A stretch of 64,000 bases of DNA, taken from assembly GCF_964355755.1 (NCBI RefSeq), contig NC_092676.1:1183788-1247787 (forward strand), in the 5' to 3' direction. Below are positions 41,582 to 54,494 of the stretch, piece by piece (positions within the stretch are counted from its first letter, which is position 1; every line of letters starts with the position of its first letter). This DNA is from Antedon mediterranea (lineage: Eukaryota > Animalia > Echinodermata). The notes beneath the pieces are model-generated. The model did no database searches, was not told the DNA's origin, and was given only the letters and a program-made list of their open reading frames with translations. The position numbers and the translations under genes were made by a program.

Positions 41582-41760
41582 GCCCCAGTGGTCTAATGGT
41601 TAGGACATCTGCATATCAAGCAGGCGGTCCGAGTTCGAGTCTCGGTTGGGGCGACTTTTTCTCATTCTCACAGATTTCCTCATCTTTATCGTTTCAAATT
41701 AATTAATTAAATTTCAGTATATCACCGGGCGGTTTAGAATTAATGTTCATTGCCTGATGT
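41582..41760 (+). mobile_element. SINE family C: intact tRNA-like head (41582-41653) plus body
   Basis: Head folds as a cloverleaf with A and B boxes; the 3' body recurs at 11644, 16840 and 50714. Confidence 0.8.
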
Positions 41761-43105
41761 GTTTATATATATATTGTTATCTATCTTATAATTTAATAAG
41801 AATACCGTATTATACACTTAGACTATGCAAAGTGTCTCGATTGAGGGTTATAGTTGCAGCCTGTTACAAAATTAAATGATATGATCAATGTAGTGTGAGG
41901 TTGGATGAACCGTTCTAACAGAAAACACGACACATAGGCCTATTTAAATTCATACAGAGCAGTGAAAATTTTCAATTGATAGTTAATTTCCAAAATGAAT
42001 TTTCAATTAAGAATTGATAGCTCTTGTAAATTGTATCTAGTTCATTACAATGAAATATATTAATCATTATTGTCGGTATAAAGAATAGGTCCCTATACTT
42101 CGACAAAATGCAAATCCACATAACAGCATTCATAACATTCGACCAACGATTTAAAATCGATCACCATACAATAGCACACAATCTGTTATATTTTCTGACC
42201 AGACGAGATAATCAATTTTATTGTTTGTTATTTAGAATAACTGCCCATCTTAAACTCAGACTTTAGTCATATATAGCGAAAGTAAACCACTACATACCTA
42301 TATAATTTATTTATTTTTTAATTTATTATTATTTTTTATTTATTTATCACCTCAAGATGTTTTTCTTCATCTTTCCGGGCATCTGCCTTCATTCTCTGAA
42401 CTATTATCATTATATTATATGTATTGTATATGTGTCTTTTTTTTCAGAGTTTGTAAATAAATGTTATGAAATGAAAAAATGAAAATGAAAAAATAATATC
42501 TAGACCTGCTTTCATTAATCAAGTAAATGTTTCTAAGCAATGAGTAAGGGAGGGGTCGGGGAACCCCTATAATCTGAATTCTTTTTTTATCTTCCATCAA
42601 CTTTACACACTTTATTCAATTCTGAAGGTTAGATGTTTTTAATATTATTATACAGAGTAGGTCATCATTATATAACATAGGTATTGATATAAAGTGTGCA
42701 GTACACCACGTATTATACAGTTCTCAAAAGAATTGTTGAGTTTCTTCAAACAAAATCATTATTATGACAAACAATCTGAATAAACACCAGTGGTTCTAGG
42801 AGGCCTATCTGTGTTATACTCTCTAACAATAACATACATGGTGTCTAAAAAACTGAAATTAAAATCTTGATATGCGAGTTTTCTAAACACCCTAACATAC
42901 ACAAGAGATTTGGAAACACCTATTATTTTTATACGAAGCAACACTGTTGGTCATTCACTCTTGTATGTAGGCTACTCTGTTATTATGTATGGGGCACGCA
43001 CGAAGTTACTATAGGCCTAAATTATTGATTATTGATTAATATATTTTAAGGAATTTTTTTTTTTCAAAATTAGAGGAATTGTATTACCATCCCGTTCTAA
43101 CAATG

Positions 43106-43260
43106 TATTGTGGCTCCTCCTTTAATGTTGTCATTGTGATAATTGTAGGCCTACATTGTGGCTCCTCCTACTTTAATGTTGTCATTGTGATCATTGTAGG
43201 CCTACTTTGTGGCTCCTCCTACTTTAATGTTGTCATTGTGATAATTGTAGGCCTACATTG
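43106..43260 (+). repeat. 51-bp tandem repeat x3
   Basis: tgtggctcctcctactttaatgttgtcattgtgataattgtaggcctacat. Confidence 0.93.
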
Positions 43261-43356
43261 TTAGTAACCTTATTTACTTTTATTTTTAAATTTCTATGAA
43301 TTTAAAAATGCAGAAAGATATAAAACTTAGACGGCTATGAACGAGTAGCTTCAACG

Positions 43357-43762
43357 TATTATAATTTTATTTATTTATGTAAAATGTATTAATTTATACA
43401 AAAATACTTCTACCTCCACGACCATTAAGTGTTAAAATACTGTATACCAGTAATGCCTATAAAACTGAATATATATTTATTTAACAAAAAACATTTTTAT
43501 AAGTGTACCATTTAGTGAATTTGTAATTTATTTAAATTCAGTGCATGCGCAAACAGAAATAAAAGGAGTCGTATATTATGTATTCAATTTATGATAATTT
43601 ATTATTAAAAACTACATAAAGATGGTAGTTAGAGGAGTTAGGAAGGAGGCACGCGACCATGTATCAATTAAACAATAGGTATAATTAGGATATGCTAATA
43701 GAATGATAAGGAAGGGGGTACCTGTAGTGGCATGCGACAACTATCTTAATAATGTTAATTGC
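43357..43762 (+). repeat. ~400-bp direct duplication, copy 2
   Basis: Near identical to 38490-38886. Confidence 0.95.
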
Positions 43763-44580
43763 ATATCATGGAGCTCCGTGCTTTTACTTTTAAATACTAT
43801 ATATAAAATATAAATACTATCTATATAGAAAAACTAAGCATCATATTATATATTTCATTAAATAGTGTATCTACACTGTAATTGGCGATTTAAATGGGTA
43901 TGAAATAAAAAAATAAATAAATAAAATTAGTTAACAAAACGAAAGCTTTCAACCTTCAAGCGATCAGTAAGTGGAGAATATATGAGAAATTTAGACAAAA
44001 ATTATTTGAATTTATCATGTTAATAGTATATTATAACTTCTTGACAATGATTGTAAATGTTCATCTGCGGTGTGTGTGTGTGTTAACAAGGTGTGTGATA
44101 ACAAAAATCTTCTGCAGAAGGTGGTCGTGTTAACAACAAAACTGTTGAGGCGAGGCTATAATTTTGTTTTCTATTTCATTGGTTTTGTAAAAACAAAATT
44201 GGGAAATTTTAGGGTCACGCGAACGACACCCAACAAACTTTTTGTTTATTGTTAATACCCAGGATATAATTGAAGGTGGTGATTGAACAACAATTGAAAT
44301 AGAGAGACACGCGACAGGAGATATAACAATGATCTATTAATGAAGCCGTTCCGGTTACAATGGAGCAGCTTTACCTAAAATGTAAAGTTAGTGGTTAAGG
44401 GGGCTAGCCGTAGCAGAAGCACATACCCGTAGCAATAATGCACCAATAGTTATTGTTTCTGTAAGAATGTGTTATTATGACGGCACGCGACAGGATTACT
44501 TGAGTACAACTGGTCACTGAATAGAATATGAAATATAAAAGGTGGTATGAAACGAGGCACGTGACAAACATTGAATGTTA
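43640..44580. promoter_or_regulatory. Putative enhancer: clustered Hairy/E(spl) class C/B sites and Sox sites
   Basis: GGCACGCGAC at 43648 and 44482, GACACGCGAC 44306, GTCACGCGAA 44214, GGCACGTGAC 44556, interleaved with ACAAT motifs. Confidence 0.55.
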
Positions 44581-45804
44581 TGGCACATTTTAATGTATTT
44601 AAAAATAAATTTATTTTCACCAGGTACAATTAATTAAAATCTAGTAATTCAAATAGGCGTATTTTCATACGTACCAAACAATCGTCTATCACCTATAGAT
44701 TTATCATTAATTACATTCTTTGAAATAATGTACTGTAGGCAAACCACAGAAGACAAAAAACAGTATAACCAGAAAAAAGTTAAATTAAATTTCCCTTTTC
44801 CCGGGTATAACAGTGGTTTAATATATAAGCCTATTAATTTATGTAAAGTTTTTGTCTAAAAGACCAGCACTTCAACTCAGTAAGTGTTAAGTATGATGTC
44901 ATGTTTGTGAATGCTCAATTGCATATATTCATTATGAAATTAATAGGCCCTACACAAATTGTAAGCACAAAAAGAAAGACATATGCCTAACATGCAGTAG
45001 GGTCACAGAAAGAAAATGATTCTTTACGACAATTACACCCAACCGTGAGAGGTCCCTGATGTATTTTAAAAACATTTTTTTAAATATGAATTGAAACGAA
45101 TGCAACAGATTTGATCATTGTTGTTTGGTAGATATTATGAAAAAAATGTTTATTATTGATACATTTTTTCCCAATAATATTAGCTCTTTAGAATTAATAT
45201 TTCTTTATATTATTAATGTTTGTTATAAATTAAATAAAATTATACAGTAAATAATAAATTAATTATCACATATGTTCAAAATAATATTACATTTCGTTTC
45301 TATTATGTCAATGCACTATGATTTATTTTACCAGAGAAAAGTTCGATTACGTCATACCTTGGAAGAGATAAAAGCATACTTTTGAAATATGTATTAATAC
45401 AAAATATTTCGTTTTTGAACGTTAACATTTATAACATATATATATATATTTATTTTTATTTATTTATTTTAATCTGTATTTTGAGACAATTGTTTTATTT
45501 TCATAATCAAAAAGTTCTAAATAACATTGAATTACTTCGTTACGTCTGCGAAAATACACTTCAATGTAATCACTTGTGAATTTTATCCGATATTAACTAT
45601 TGCAAAATATCGAATGATAAAAGACCACAGCAACGAATAGTGCTGCTACCACCTCGGTGTTTTAAAATACAGTTGTTGGCGTACAGACTTTTTCACATAC
45701 GTCTAAAGATGTTGATAAAAGAGCGATACAATTGTAATAGTAACAGACCCCTTTTTATTAAAAAACAGGGCAGTCCTATCGCAGTGACGAGCCTCTGTGT
45801 AATT

Positions 45805-45900
45805 TCTGTTAACCAATCACCGAATTCAAGGCTGTGATTCATGCCAATCAAATTCACAGAAGCGTAAAACTTATCTACCAGCGGACCAATCAGAAACGCG
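45805..45900 (+). promoter_or_regulatory. Proximal promoter of the POU3 gene with three CCAAT boxes
   Basis: CCAATCA at 45813, 45844, 45886, same orientation, 130-200 bp before the ATG. Confidence 0.6.
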
Positions 45901-46014
45901 CTATTGCCCTATGCTCGGTCACAGATGCTCAGATGGTTTATTTTGCGTTGTAAATGCCAGTGTGCGCTGATAGTGGGATTTTGGCTTATTCCATAAAAGA
46001 CCACAGCTTACCCG

Positions 46015-47244
46015 ATGTCGACAAAAAGTTGGATGAATTCGTATAATTTCACCAGTGTTGTAGACGCAACGAACTTAGATAGATCTATTATTAGAACATC
46101 TGGCATAATGCAGAGTAGCGCAGGACCAGCTTTGTATCACCACCACCAAAAGCTTTCAAATGCGGACTTTTTACAACAACCCTATCATATGATGGGTCAA
46201 ATATCGCACCATCCAACGGCACAGTGGGTAGGCCTTCCATCGCATAACGATTCCGGAGGATGGGGGCAAGCCATGTCCCCGGCCCTACTCACTCCAACAG
46301 ACATGAAACCTATACTATCTCAGAGGGACGATCACATGCAAAACGGAGGGCCTAGGCCGGCACATCAACATCACTGGAACTCACACACGCCGACTACATC
46401 GCATATGTCACCGATGGATATGCCACCTATGATTACAAGTAATACGTTATCGCATCTGCATCATCCCTATGGACATATGAACGGGATGCTGAGCCCGAGT
46501 CAACAACTTGCACAGTGCAATTCGCCTCCAAATAGTGACCAACATGAACCAATCGAAGAGGAGGCACCCACATCAGACGATCTCGAACAATTTGCTAAAA
46601 TGTTTAAACAACGACGTATTAAGCTTGGATTCACACAGGCAGATGTTGGGCTTGCTCTTGGAACTTTGTATGGTAATGTTTTTAGTCAAACAACTATTTG
46701 TAGATTTGAAGCCCTACAGTTAAGTTTTAAGAACATGTGCAAACTGAAGCCACTGCTTGCAAAGTGGTTAGAAGAAGCTGATTCGACGACGGGATGCCCC
46801 ACTGCAATGGACAAAATCGCTGCACAAGGACGAAAACGAAAAAAGCGAACCAGTATTGAAGTCACCATAAAAGGAGCCCTAGAGAACACTTTTCTTAAAC
46901 AACCTAAGCCATCGGCGCAAGAGATTTCATCATTAGCAGAAGGTTTAGGGCTTGAAAAGGAAGTTGTACGAGTTTGGTTTTGTAATCGACGACAAAAAGA
47001 GAAAAGAATGACACCATTGTTGATGCCACATGTAGAACAATCTGATATGTTGGAGCATTCACCACCACCACCATTACAACATGGTATGCCAGTATCATCC
47101 GGAATCACACAACTACACACGAATACAAGTCCGTGTTCTGTAGCCGTCCGTACTAACTTATCACCAAGTGTACATATGCACCACCAGTCACCGCTACCGA
47201 TGACGCTACCCCCTACACCACCCCACCCGTCGATGCCACACTAG
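46015..47244 (+). CDS. pou3f: Class III POU homeodomain transcription factor (Brn1/2/4-like), intronless, 409 aa
   Basis: POU-specific domain [64 protein letters not shown], class III linker [17 protein letters not shown], homeodomain [16 protein letters not shown]. Confidence 0.98.
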   Translation: MSTKSWMNSYNFTSVVDATNLDRSIIRTSGIMQSSAGPALYHHHQKLSNADFLQQPYHMMGQISHHPTAQWVGLPSHNDSGGWGQAMSPALLTPTDMKPILSQRDDHMQNGGPRPAHQHHWNSHTPTTSHMSPMDMPPMITSNTLSHLHHPYGHMNGMLSPSQQLAQCNSPPNSDQHEPIEEEAPTSDDLEQFAKMFKQRRIKLGFTQADVGLALGTLYGNVFSQTTICRFEALQLSFKNMCKLKPLLAKWLEEADSTTGCPTAMDKIAAQGRKRKKRTSIEVTIKGALENTFLKQPKPSAQEISSLAEGLGLEKEVVRVWFCNRRQKEKRMTPLLMPHVEQSDMLEHSPPPPLQHGMPVSSGITQLHTNTSPCSVAVRTNLSPSVHMHHQSPLPMTLPPTPPHPSMPH

Positions 47245-50200
47245 GTAAGCCTAACTACACCAACCAACTAGAGACTTTTTAATTCATCTCAGGACAAGAA
47301 ATGATTTGTCATCGTTTTAAAAAACAAAATCATTAAACTTTTTTTTGCATCGGGCCTAATTATAAATCGAAAGACTGTAAAAGCGAAAGGACTTGTTTTT
47401 TGTAAAAGCGACGACGGAATCGTGTGTTGTAGTGAATGAACGCATTATTGTAAGAATTGTTTGACGCCTTCTTCTTAAGCAAACACATGGTAACTACTAG
47501 ACCTCTACCTATTGTGATTGTGAAGATTGACACTCATCCGATCAGGCTCTCTATTGGAGGCTTCTCTCGTCGTCGACCTTTAATGGTATGTAGATCGTGG
47601 CAATATTTTAGTTATTACATGGTTTTCACATTCCATGATTTATGTACGCAAACAATGTATTGTCTATGTTCTGTTTAATTATTTTTTTTCCTAATGGGAA
47701 ACAAAACTCCTAACAAAAAACTCTCTGCAATTAATAGTATATTATTGTTATTATCTAATCTTTATAAGTGGTGCTACAAAGCGCTGAGTATTTTAAACTC
47801 TTTAAAGTGCTGATTATTTTGTGTGCTTTTCTGTGTGCTCACTCCCATATCTTTATTACAAAAACATAATTATTTTATTACGGGGTACGTTAAACTTTCA
47901 CAATCGTCGACACAACTGGCTTAAATCCTAGGCCTTTTAAGTGTCATTGATTAGTATTTACATTACAAATTACTACGGGCTCTTACTGCCTTGTCCTGGC
48001 TCATGTATTTAAGTACGAGATAGCTTAGCCTATTTACGCTTTTATTTGAACGGTAAACACTTTGATGAATAGAACAAATATTTTATAAATGTCAGGGTAT
48101 ACTGTTATTGTTCACCATTATAAGCATTCTTTTATTTTATATAAGTATTATTACCAGATGATATTTTGACAAAAATTAAGACTAAAACATTACCGTGTCA
48201 ACCTTGACTATAAATTGTTGATATTTTTTTGTAAATTATTAAAAGGGTTTAGAATGTAGGGATATTATTTATGACTAATTTAAATTTTGTATCTATTGTA
48301 TATTTTGTAACAAAGCGATTATATTAATTTTTGAAATATTTTACATTTAAGTGTGAACTTACGGGCTGTTATCTCCGCACGTCTTTCTAATGTTCAATGT
48401 ATATTTAATTTATTATTGAATTTTAAGAAACATTTTTGAAACTTATTCAAAGAAAACTTTATTGTTTATTTGGTTAATGTTTTAAGCAAATAAACAAAAT
48501 AGTTGGTATAATATTTAAGAAGAAAAAAAAACTTTTTTAAAAATAAATTTTAAAGGGAATCGAACAAAATGTCTGATTTCTGTTAATATATGTTTATGCT
48601 TTACGCCTCAGTCACGTGACTTTATATTGCAAAACAAAATAAATTATTGAATAGCAGTAATAAATTTACAATTTAGAGAAAATGAAACAACGTGAGTTTT
48701 TTTCGTGAATTGTTTAGTATGTCTTGTCTTATTTGCTCAGCTGTAGTACGGCCAGTGTCGGCTCTATCCTACCTATTCATACGCGCACGCTCTACTCTGA
48801 CTCTACTATTGTTGGGCCTGCCTTCGTAGCGGATTCTTCACAGCCGTTTCATTTCCTTTACTATGCTTACAGATACTACAAAACTGATACATCTTTGCTT
48901 TCTCATCGTGTTCCGATTTTTAATAACATGGTTTTGTCTTTTTTTGGTGTAAATTAATTGGGGTTATCCTTGTCACCATCTGCAGCTGCGAGTGACAACA
49001 GCCAGTCAAACTATTATTGAATAATTACTTCAAATCAAATATATGATTACTAATTTAAAGAATACAATACACCACCACCATTTTCATGTTATTATTTATT
49101 TATTGAACATTTTGCATAGATTCAAAGGGAAACCATGGGTCAAACGGGTCCAAAACAGAAGTGGGGAGCTCTTTATTATTAATTTCATTGGCAATTAACT
49201 TAAATTGTGTACGTCAGTATAGTCTAATTTAATAAATAGAAAATGCAGTATCAGCAATGATTGTTAAATTAGTAGCAATATTACGAGATTATTAACATGG
49301 GGTATTTGAAACACTTTGAAATGATAATTACTTGAACGCTATTCGATTCACCTCCTCGTGCCGCCATGGGACAATGCTCATAATTATATCGTTAAAGGTA
49401 TTCATTTCAAATATACCAAAAACAATAAATTGGTGAGACTTATTGACAACGAGATTTCATTTATTAAGAGACACCATCAGGGTTAAGCAACATCTTAGTA
49501 ATTGTACAGTATATCAAATTTTAGTAATAATCGACAAAGAAACAAATGCAATTTAAGTATTTTTGTCACAAACATTATGGCCCTATCCCAATTCTAATTA
49601 TATACGGTATATATTTTATTATTTCAAAATCGCATTGTATTTTAAAGCATTTCAAATAAATATTTTGCATCTATGTGTTTTAGTATTGTATTATTTGAAA
49701 TTAAATTTTAGACAAAATCTAAAAATAAAATCAATGATGTAGCTATAACGCAGTCATTACCGAACGTTTCCAAGATTTCAACTCTGATCACAATCGTGTG
49801 CTATATTCTCTAATAGCCATTAATTTTCTTATCGTTTTTATATATTAATTTCAATGGACTAACAATAGTAATCAATTTCAATATTATGACCTCAAGTTCG
49901 TGTTCATTGGTCGTCGAGAGATACAACTAGGCTTCTCCGGCATCAATAGATAGATACAAAATTAAATTTATATTTTTACTACTTTATTGTGTAGTGGGAT
50001 ATGATTGATGCGAATACGCTGTTTACTCGTGTCGAAATTCTAAGCCGAATATTAGATCAGTTCATCGAATTTATTACCGATCTCTAATATCATATTGTTA
50101 TTGTCAGTGTTCTCATATCAATTGATATCAATTTTGACAACCATTAAGAATCTTATATCCTTACAATCTGTGTATGGGATCCTTTTAATAATCATCAAAA

Positions 50201-50713
50201 TGATAGTATGTATGTTGTGCTGGTTTCATAATGTCAAATTGTATCTAGTTTATCTGACTGATCTAATTATATTTGAAGTTATGATGGAATATTGTCGAGA
50301 AGATGAAATGTATGATATGAGAAAGAGATGCGTTAGATAGAATAACACACACACGACGGCCTAGTAACTCCTCCTTTAACACCTATTAATGAGAATGGGG
50401 ATTTGAGCGTAACGATACGCTGAGACAGGTAGCGGATCGAGGGCTAGCACGGCTATCTGTAAGGCGCCAAGGCTAACTCTATCTTTATATTATTATCTTT
50501 AACTACAATATTAATTAATTTTTGCATTTAAAGGCGATGACAGTGATACAAAATGTTAAATGCTTTCAGTAAGCAGTTAAATGCTATCAAACAGTAACAT
50601 GGTTCACATCAACAAATTCTGGCAGCAAAATTGTAATGCAACACACAAACAATTTCAAACACTAAACCACATATACGATAATTTTACTCGGAAAATATTA
50701 ATATTATACACTG

Positions 50714-50830
50714 GTAAGATTCGGTGGTCTAACAGTTGGGCGCCTCTACAAGCCAAGCAAAAGACTCCGGTTCGAATCTCGGTCGTATTGGCTTTCTTCA
50801 CCTTCGCAAATGTTCTCATATCATATTACA
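50714..50830 (+). mobile_element. SINE family C, old diverged copy
   Basis: gtggtctaa A-box, ggttcgaatctcggt B-box, then ctttcttcaccttcgcaaatgttctcat like the family body. Confidence 0.55.
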
Positions 50831-51224
50831 TTTTATACAATAATAATTCAACATTATCCACTGTTAAAACTGTATAGGTTTGTATATAAATGTGAAAAGG
50901 ATATATAGGCATATAGACTGTACACTAAATAAATAAACATTTTCGTGTATAGGAACCGTATATGTATTTTATTTGACGGATAATTTTTAGCAGTATATGA
51001 ATCTTATAAAACATTAGTGAATTGATGATGGATATAGTTATTATATGCTAATAATATTGACGATAGAATGGTTGTGTGAGCAAACGTGATCCCAACACCC
51101 GAAATAAAATGTAAATACACACAATACAACTAAAGCCAATATTTAGTTGTGGTATAATCTTACACATTGTCCCTAACTCTCTGCACAATGGGATAATTGT
51201 AACGATTAAAAACGGTGGTACGAT

Positions 51225-51410
51225 GATGACGATGATATAAATATTGATTAACGAATACAGATTATGATAGTGATGAATGATGATGACGATTATATTAATA
51301 TTGATTAACTAATACAGATAATGATGATGATGAAGAATGATAGTGATGATGATGAAGATGATATTAATATTGATTAACTAATACAGATAATGATAGTGAC
51401 GATGATGACT
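51225..51410 (+). repeat. Imperfect GAT-rich tandem repeat (~3 units)
   Basis: aatattgattaac.aatacagat.atgat recurs three times among (gat)n. Confidence 0.8.
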
Positions 51411-51839
51411 ACCGTATGCCAATGTTAATGACATTTAGATTTACCCCCACCAAGTGACAATTATGATATAAGTTAATGTCAACGACAATGACAAACGATG
51501 ACAAGATGATAACAAACGATGATGACAATGACAATGATTACAACGAATGATAATGTTTATATTGGCGATGCACACATTACATTAAAACTATTAATAGTTT
51601 AACAACACAACATTAGTTCATACCGTTAACAGTATGATCTTAATATTGATTTCTGTAACTACTTTTATTGCTCATGTATACCAGTAAAATATTGTATCTG
51701 ACGAAATTCGAAGTCGATTTGTCATATGCGGTAACTAATAGCTCAAGTCAATTATTACTGGAGCAATAGTAAACAGTTTATTTCATTTGGTACGTAGGAA
51801 TAGCTACCAGTTTTACGCGCGCACTCGCTCTCTATATCT

Positions 51840-51960
51840 AGCTTCGTTCCCATTGCGCAACGCGGGGAGCGGGGACGTACGCACAAAAAAGGATACGCGA
51901 CAGTTGATGATATGTTGCTTGTGATTGGTCGAATTAAGTTGCATTGCGTAGGGGATCCAA
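51840..51960. mobile_element. MITE family A, heavily degraded
   Basis: agcttcgttcccattgcgcaacg ... gcttgtgattggtc ... ttgcgtaggggatccaa. Confidence 0.5.
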
Positions 51961-52152
51961 AAAATCAATTGTATGATAATGTATTTTGTAATGAATAAAA
52001 CACATTTACCTATTACATAAACCAGTATAATGTATACACGTAATATTAATTCATAATAGTACAGTACACAACATTCAATTGATAATGTATAGGCCTTTAT
52101 TGAATAACATTAGGCTACACTATATCATTAATAATTAATTAATAGAACATTA

Positions 52153-52275
52153 TTTCAATTCAATTCAATTCACATTTATTTTTACTCATCGTTTATAAAT
52201 ATAATTTCATAGCATAAATGATGGCAAGGATCCTGCATAGAGAAGTTTACACTTCTGTTTTCGCAGGACCCTTTT
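52153..52275 (-). mobile_element. Probable LINE 3' tail remnant
   Basis: Minus strand: stem gggtcctgc...gcaggatcc, aataaa, then (gaatt)n. Confidence 0.45.
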
Positions 52276-52889
52276 ACATAAAAAACATAAAACAATAAAC
52301 ACAACATAATAGATTTTACAAAGACAAGGATCTTTGTTACAATCTTTGTTATGTTGTTTATTATATTATAAATGCTGTATATTATTATTACTTATTTATT
52401 TTTATTCTTAATATTATTATTTTATTTTTAGTTTTTAGTTCATTAATTGTATTATCATTTTTTACATTTTATTATTATTAATATAAGAATATTATTATTG
52501 TCCAGCATTGTACAGGCTTATCACTTTTTAAAGATTTATATTATTTTGAGATGTAGCCTCCTAGTATTGTTCCATAGGAAATAATTAGCGAGTGATTGTC
52601 TGACTGAGTGACGTAATGGAGCGTAACGGTTTATAATTCGAACGTGAGTTCATGGGCGTTGAGGCGACCATGCGTGACTTCAATACCTAAGACACGGTTC
52701 ACCACTAATACCCCTAAGATTTAGCAAGTAAAAAATATATATTTCACTTTCTAGCTAGCCATTTATTTTTATACGTAAAAGGCTTTTTTTACATGTATAC
52801 TTATATGTCCATCAATGTTTATTGAAGCTTGTGTCTAACTCGACTGTCTGATATTAACGTTACATCAATACTGTATAAAGCATGACTAA

Positions 52890-53052
52890 AACTCTGTCTA
52901 CACTATCAAACTAGTTTGTTATGTGTCCAAATATGGTAGTGATATGCTTAAATATGGTAGTGATATGCTTAAATATGGTAGTGATCATGTCCATATATGA
53001 TCACATCACATTTTTTGTCAGTCACATAAAGTTTGATAGTGTAGACAGAGCT
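52890..53052. mobile_element. MITE family B copy with internal short duplications
   Basis: TIRs actctgtctacactatcaaact / agtttgatagtgtagacagagct; aaatatggtagtgat x3. Confidence 0.88.
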
Positions 53053-53183
53053 TTAGGAAGTACACACATGTCCAATAGTATAAACTGTAGGCTTATTCAG
53101 GGAGTTGTCTTATTTATATAGACACTTACTATACACGAAACGAATTCAGTTCCATTTTCCTCGTCATCCCATGAAGGCCTCAT

Positions 53184-53432
53184 GTGGAGTTGTGGCTTGG
53201 TGGTTATGATGCTTGGCTACCACTTCAAGGGTCCTGGGTTCAAGTCCCGTAACATGTCAGGATTTTTTCTAAGGACAAAATTAAAACTCCACTCCTAAAG
53301 ACTTGTAATAAGACTTTGTTTATGTAGAGCATCTTGTGTATATGTTTGCCTTGTGAACCTTTGAGGGTCCCTAATGATCAGCAATTGCTGGATGGACCAC
53401 CATCATTAAATATGGTTTAAAAAAATATATAT
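53184..53432 (+). mobile_element. tRNA-derived SINE (family D)
   Basis: A-box tggcttggtgg, B-box gggttcaagtccc, 3' tail shared with 16710-16790. Confidence 0.75.
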
Positions 53433-53510
53433 ATAGATGCTATGACACCATCAATATTCGTATAAGGGCTAGTTAATTTTAATGGAGCATCAAGCATCGA
53501 ATTTGCCTCG

Positions 53511-53686
53511 ATAAAATACACGCTTGTCATGGGAATGTATAGTATTGAATGTCTACCATATTTCGAATTTTGCTCGAAAAATACACGCGTGTCGTGGGAA
53601 AGTAGTTTTTAAAGACTACCATATTTCAAATTTTGCTCGAAAAATACACGCGTGTATTGGGAAAGTAGTTTTGAAAGACTACCATA
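53511..53686 (+). repeat. ~63-bp tandem repeat x3
   Basis: aaaatacacgc.tgt..tgggaa.gta...ctaccata. Confidence 0.85.
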
Positions 53687-54289
53687 CTGATGCATATTAG
53701 AAAGAATTATATATCTCCTAATAGTTTACGTTTTGCCAACTCGCTTTGGGCACTTCGGTCGTTGTAGAAATAATTGATGTTATTAGTAGTACGAATTTCG
53801 AAGTTGAAATTCGTGCCACAAAATGGATGTAATTAAAAGGAAATAATTGATTCAAAACGGCTTAGAGCGATTCTTATAGCTGATGTTTGAAGGTAGGCAA
53901 GCTGGTAGAGAGAAGATGATACGTTGACTTACCCATTTAGCTACTACCGAACGAAATGAGAAAGATGATGGAAGAGTTGTCGAGTAACGATTAATAACAG
54001 AAACGACGATCTGTTCTTAATGTAATTCAAACGTTTACGTCGGTCCGGGCCGCAATCTACAAACATCGATTTTTCATTGAGTTGGTAATGAGAACAATAT
54101 AGAGAACATTGATGATATTAGTTGCGTTAATGATAACAAAGTTAAAGCAATTATCCCTGAAAGGCTACACACAAATAATAGTAATGATACGAACCTTAAG
54201 CGTTAACTTACTCTATATTCATATCAGTTTAATATATTTGATTATCTTACGGTAAAAGGTTTGTGATAATACTCTACCAACATGGCGGC

Positions 54290-54438
54290 GGCGACGACGA
54301 CAAAGACTTGCACAAACAACGACGACGAAGATGATGATGATGATGATGACGAAATCGTCATAATGATGATTATATTGATTATTTTGTTTTATGATGATAA
54401 TGATGATAATAATAATAACAATGATGATGATGATGATA

Positions 54439-54494
<56 letters not shown>

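Noticed and set aside
46508-47120. Alternative-frame and antisense ORFs inside the POU3 gene
   Set aside because: By-products of the real coding sequence.
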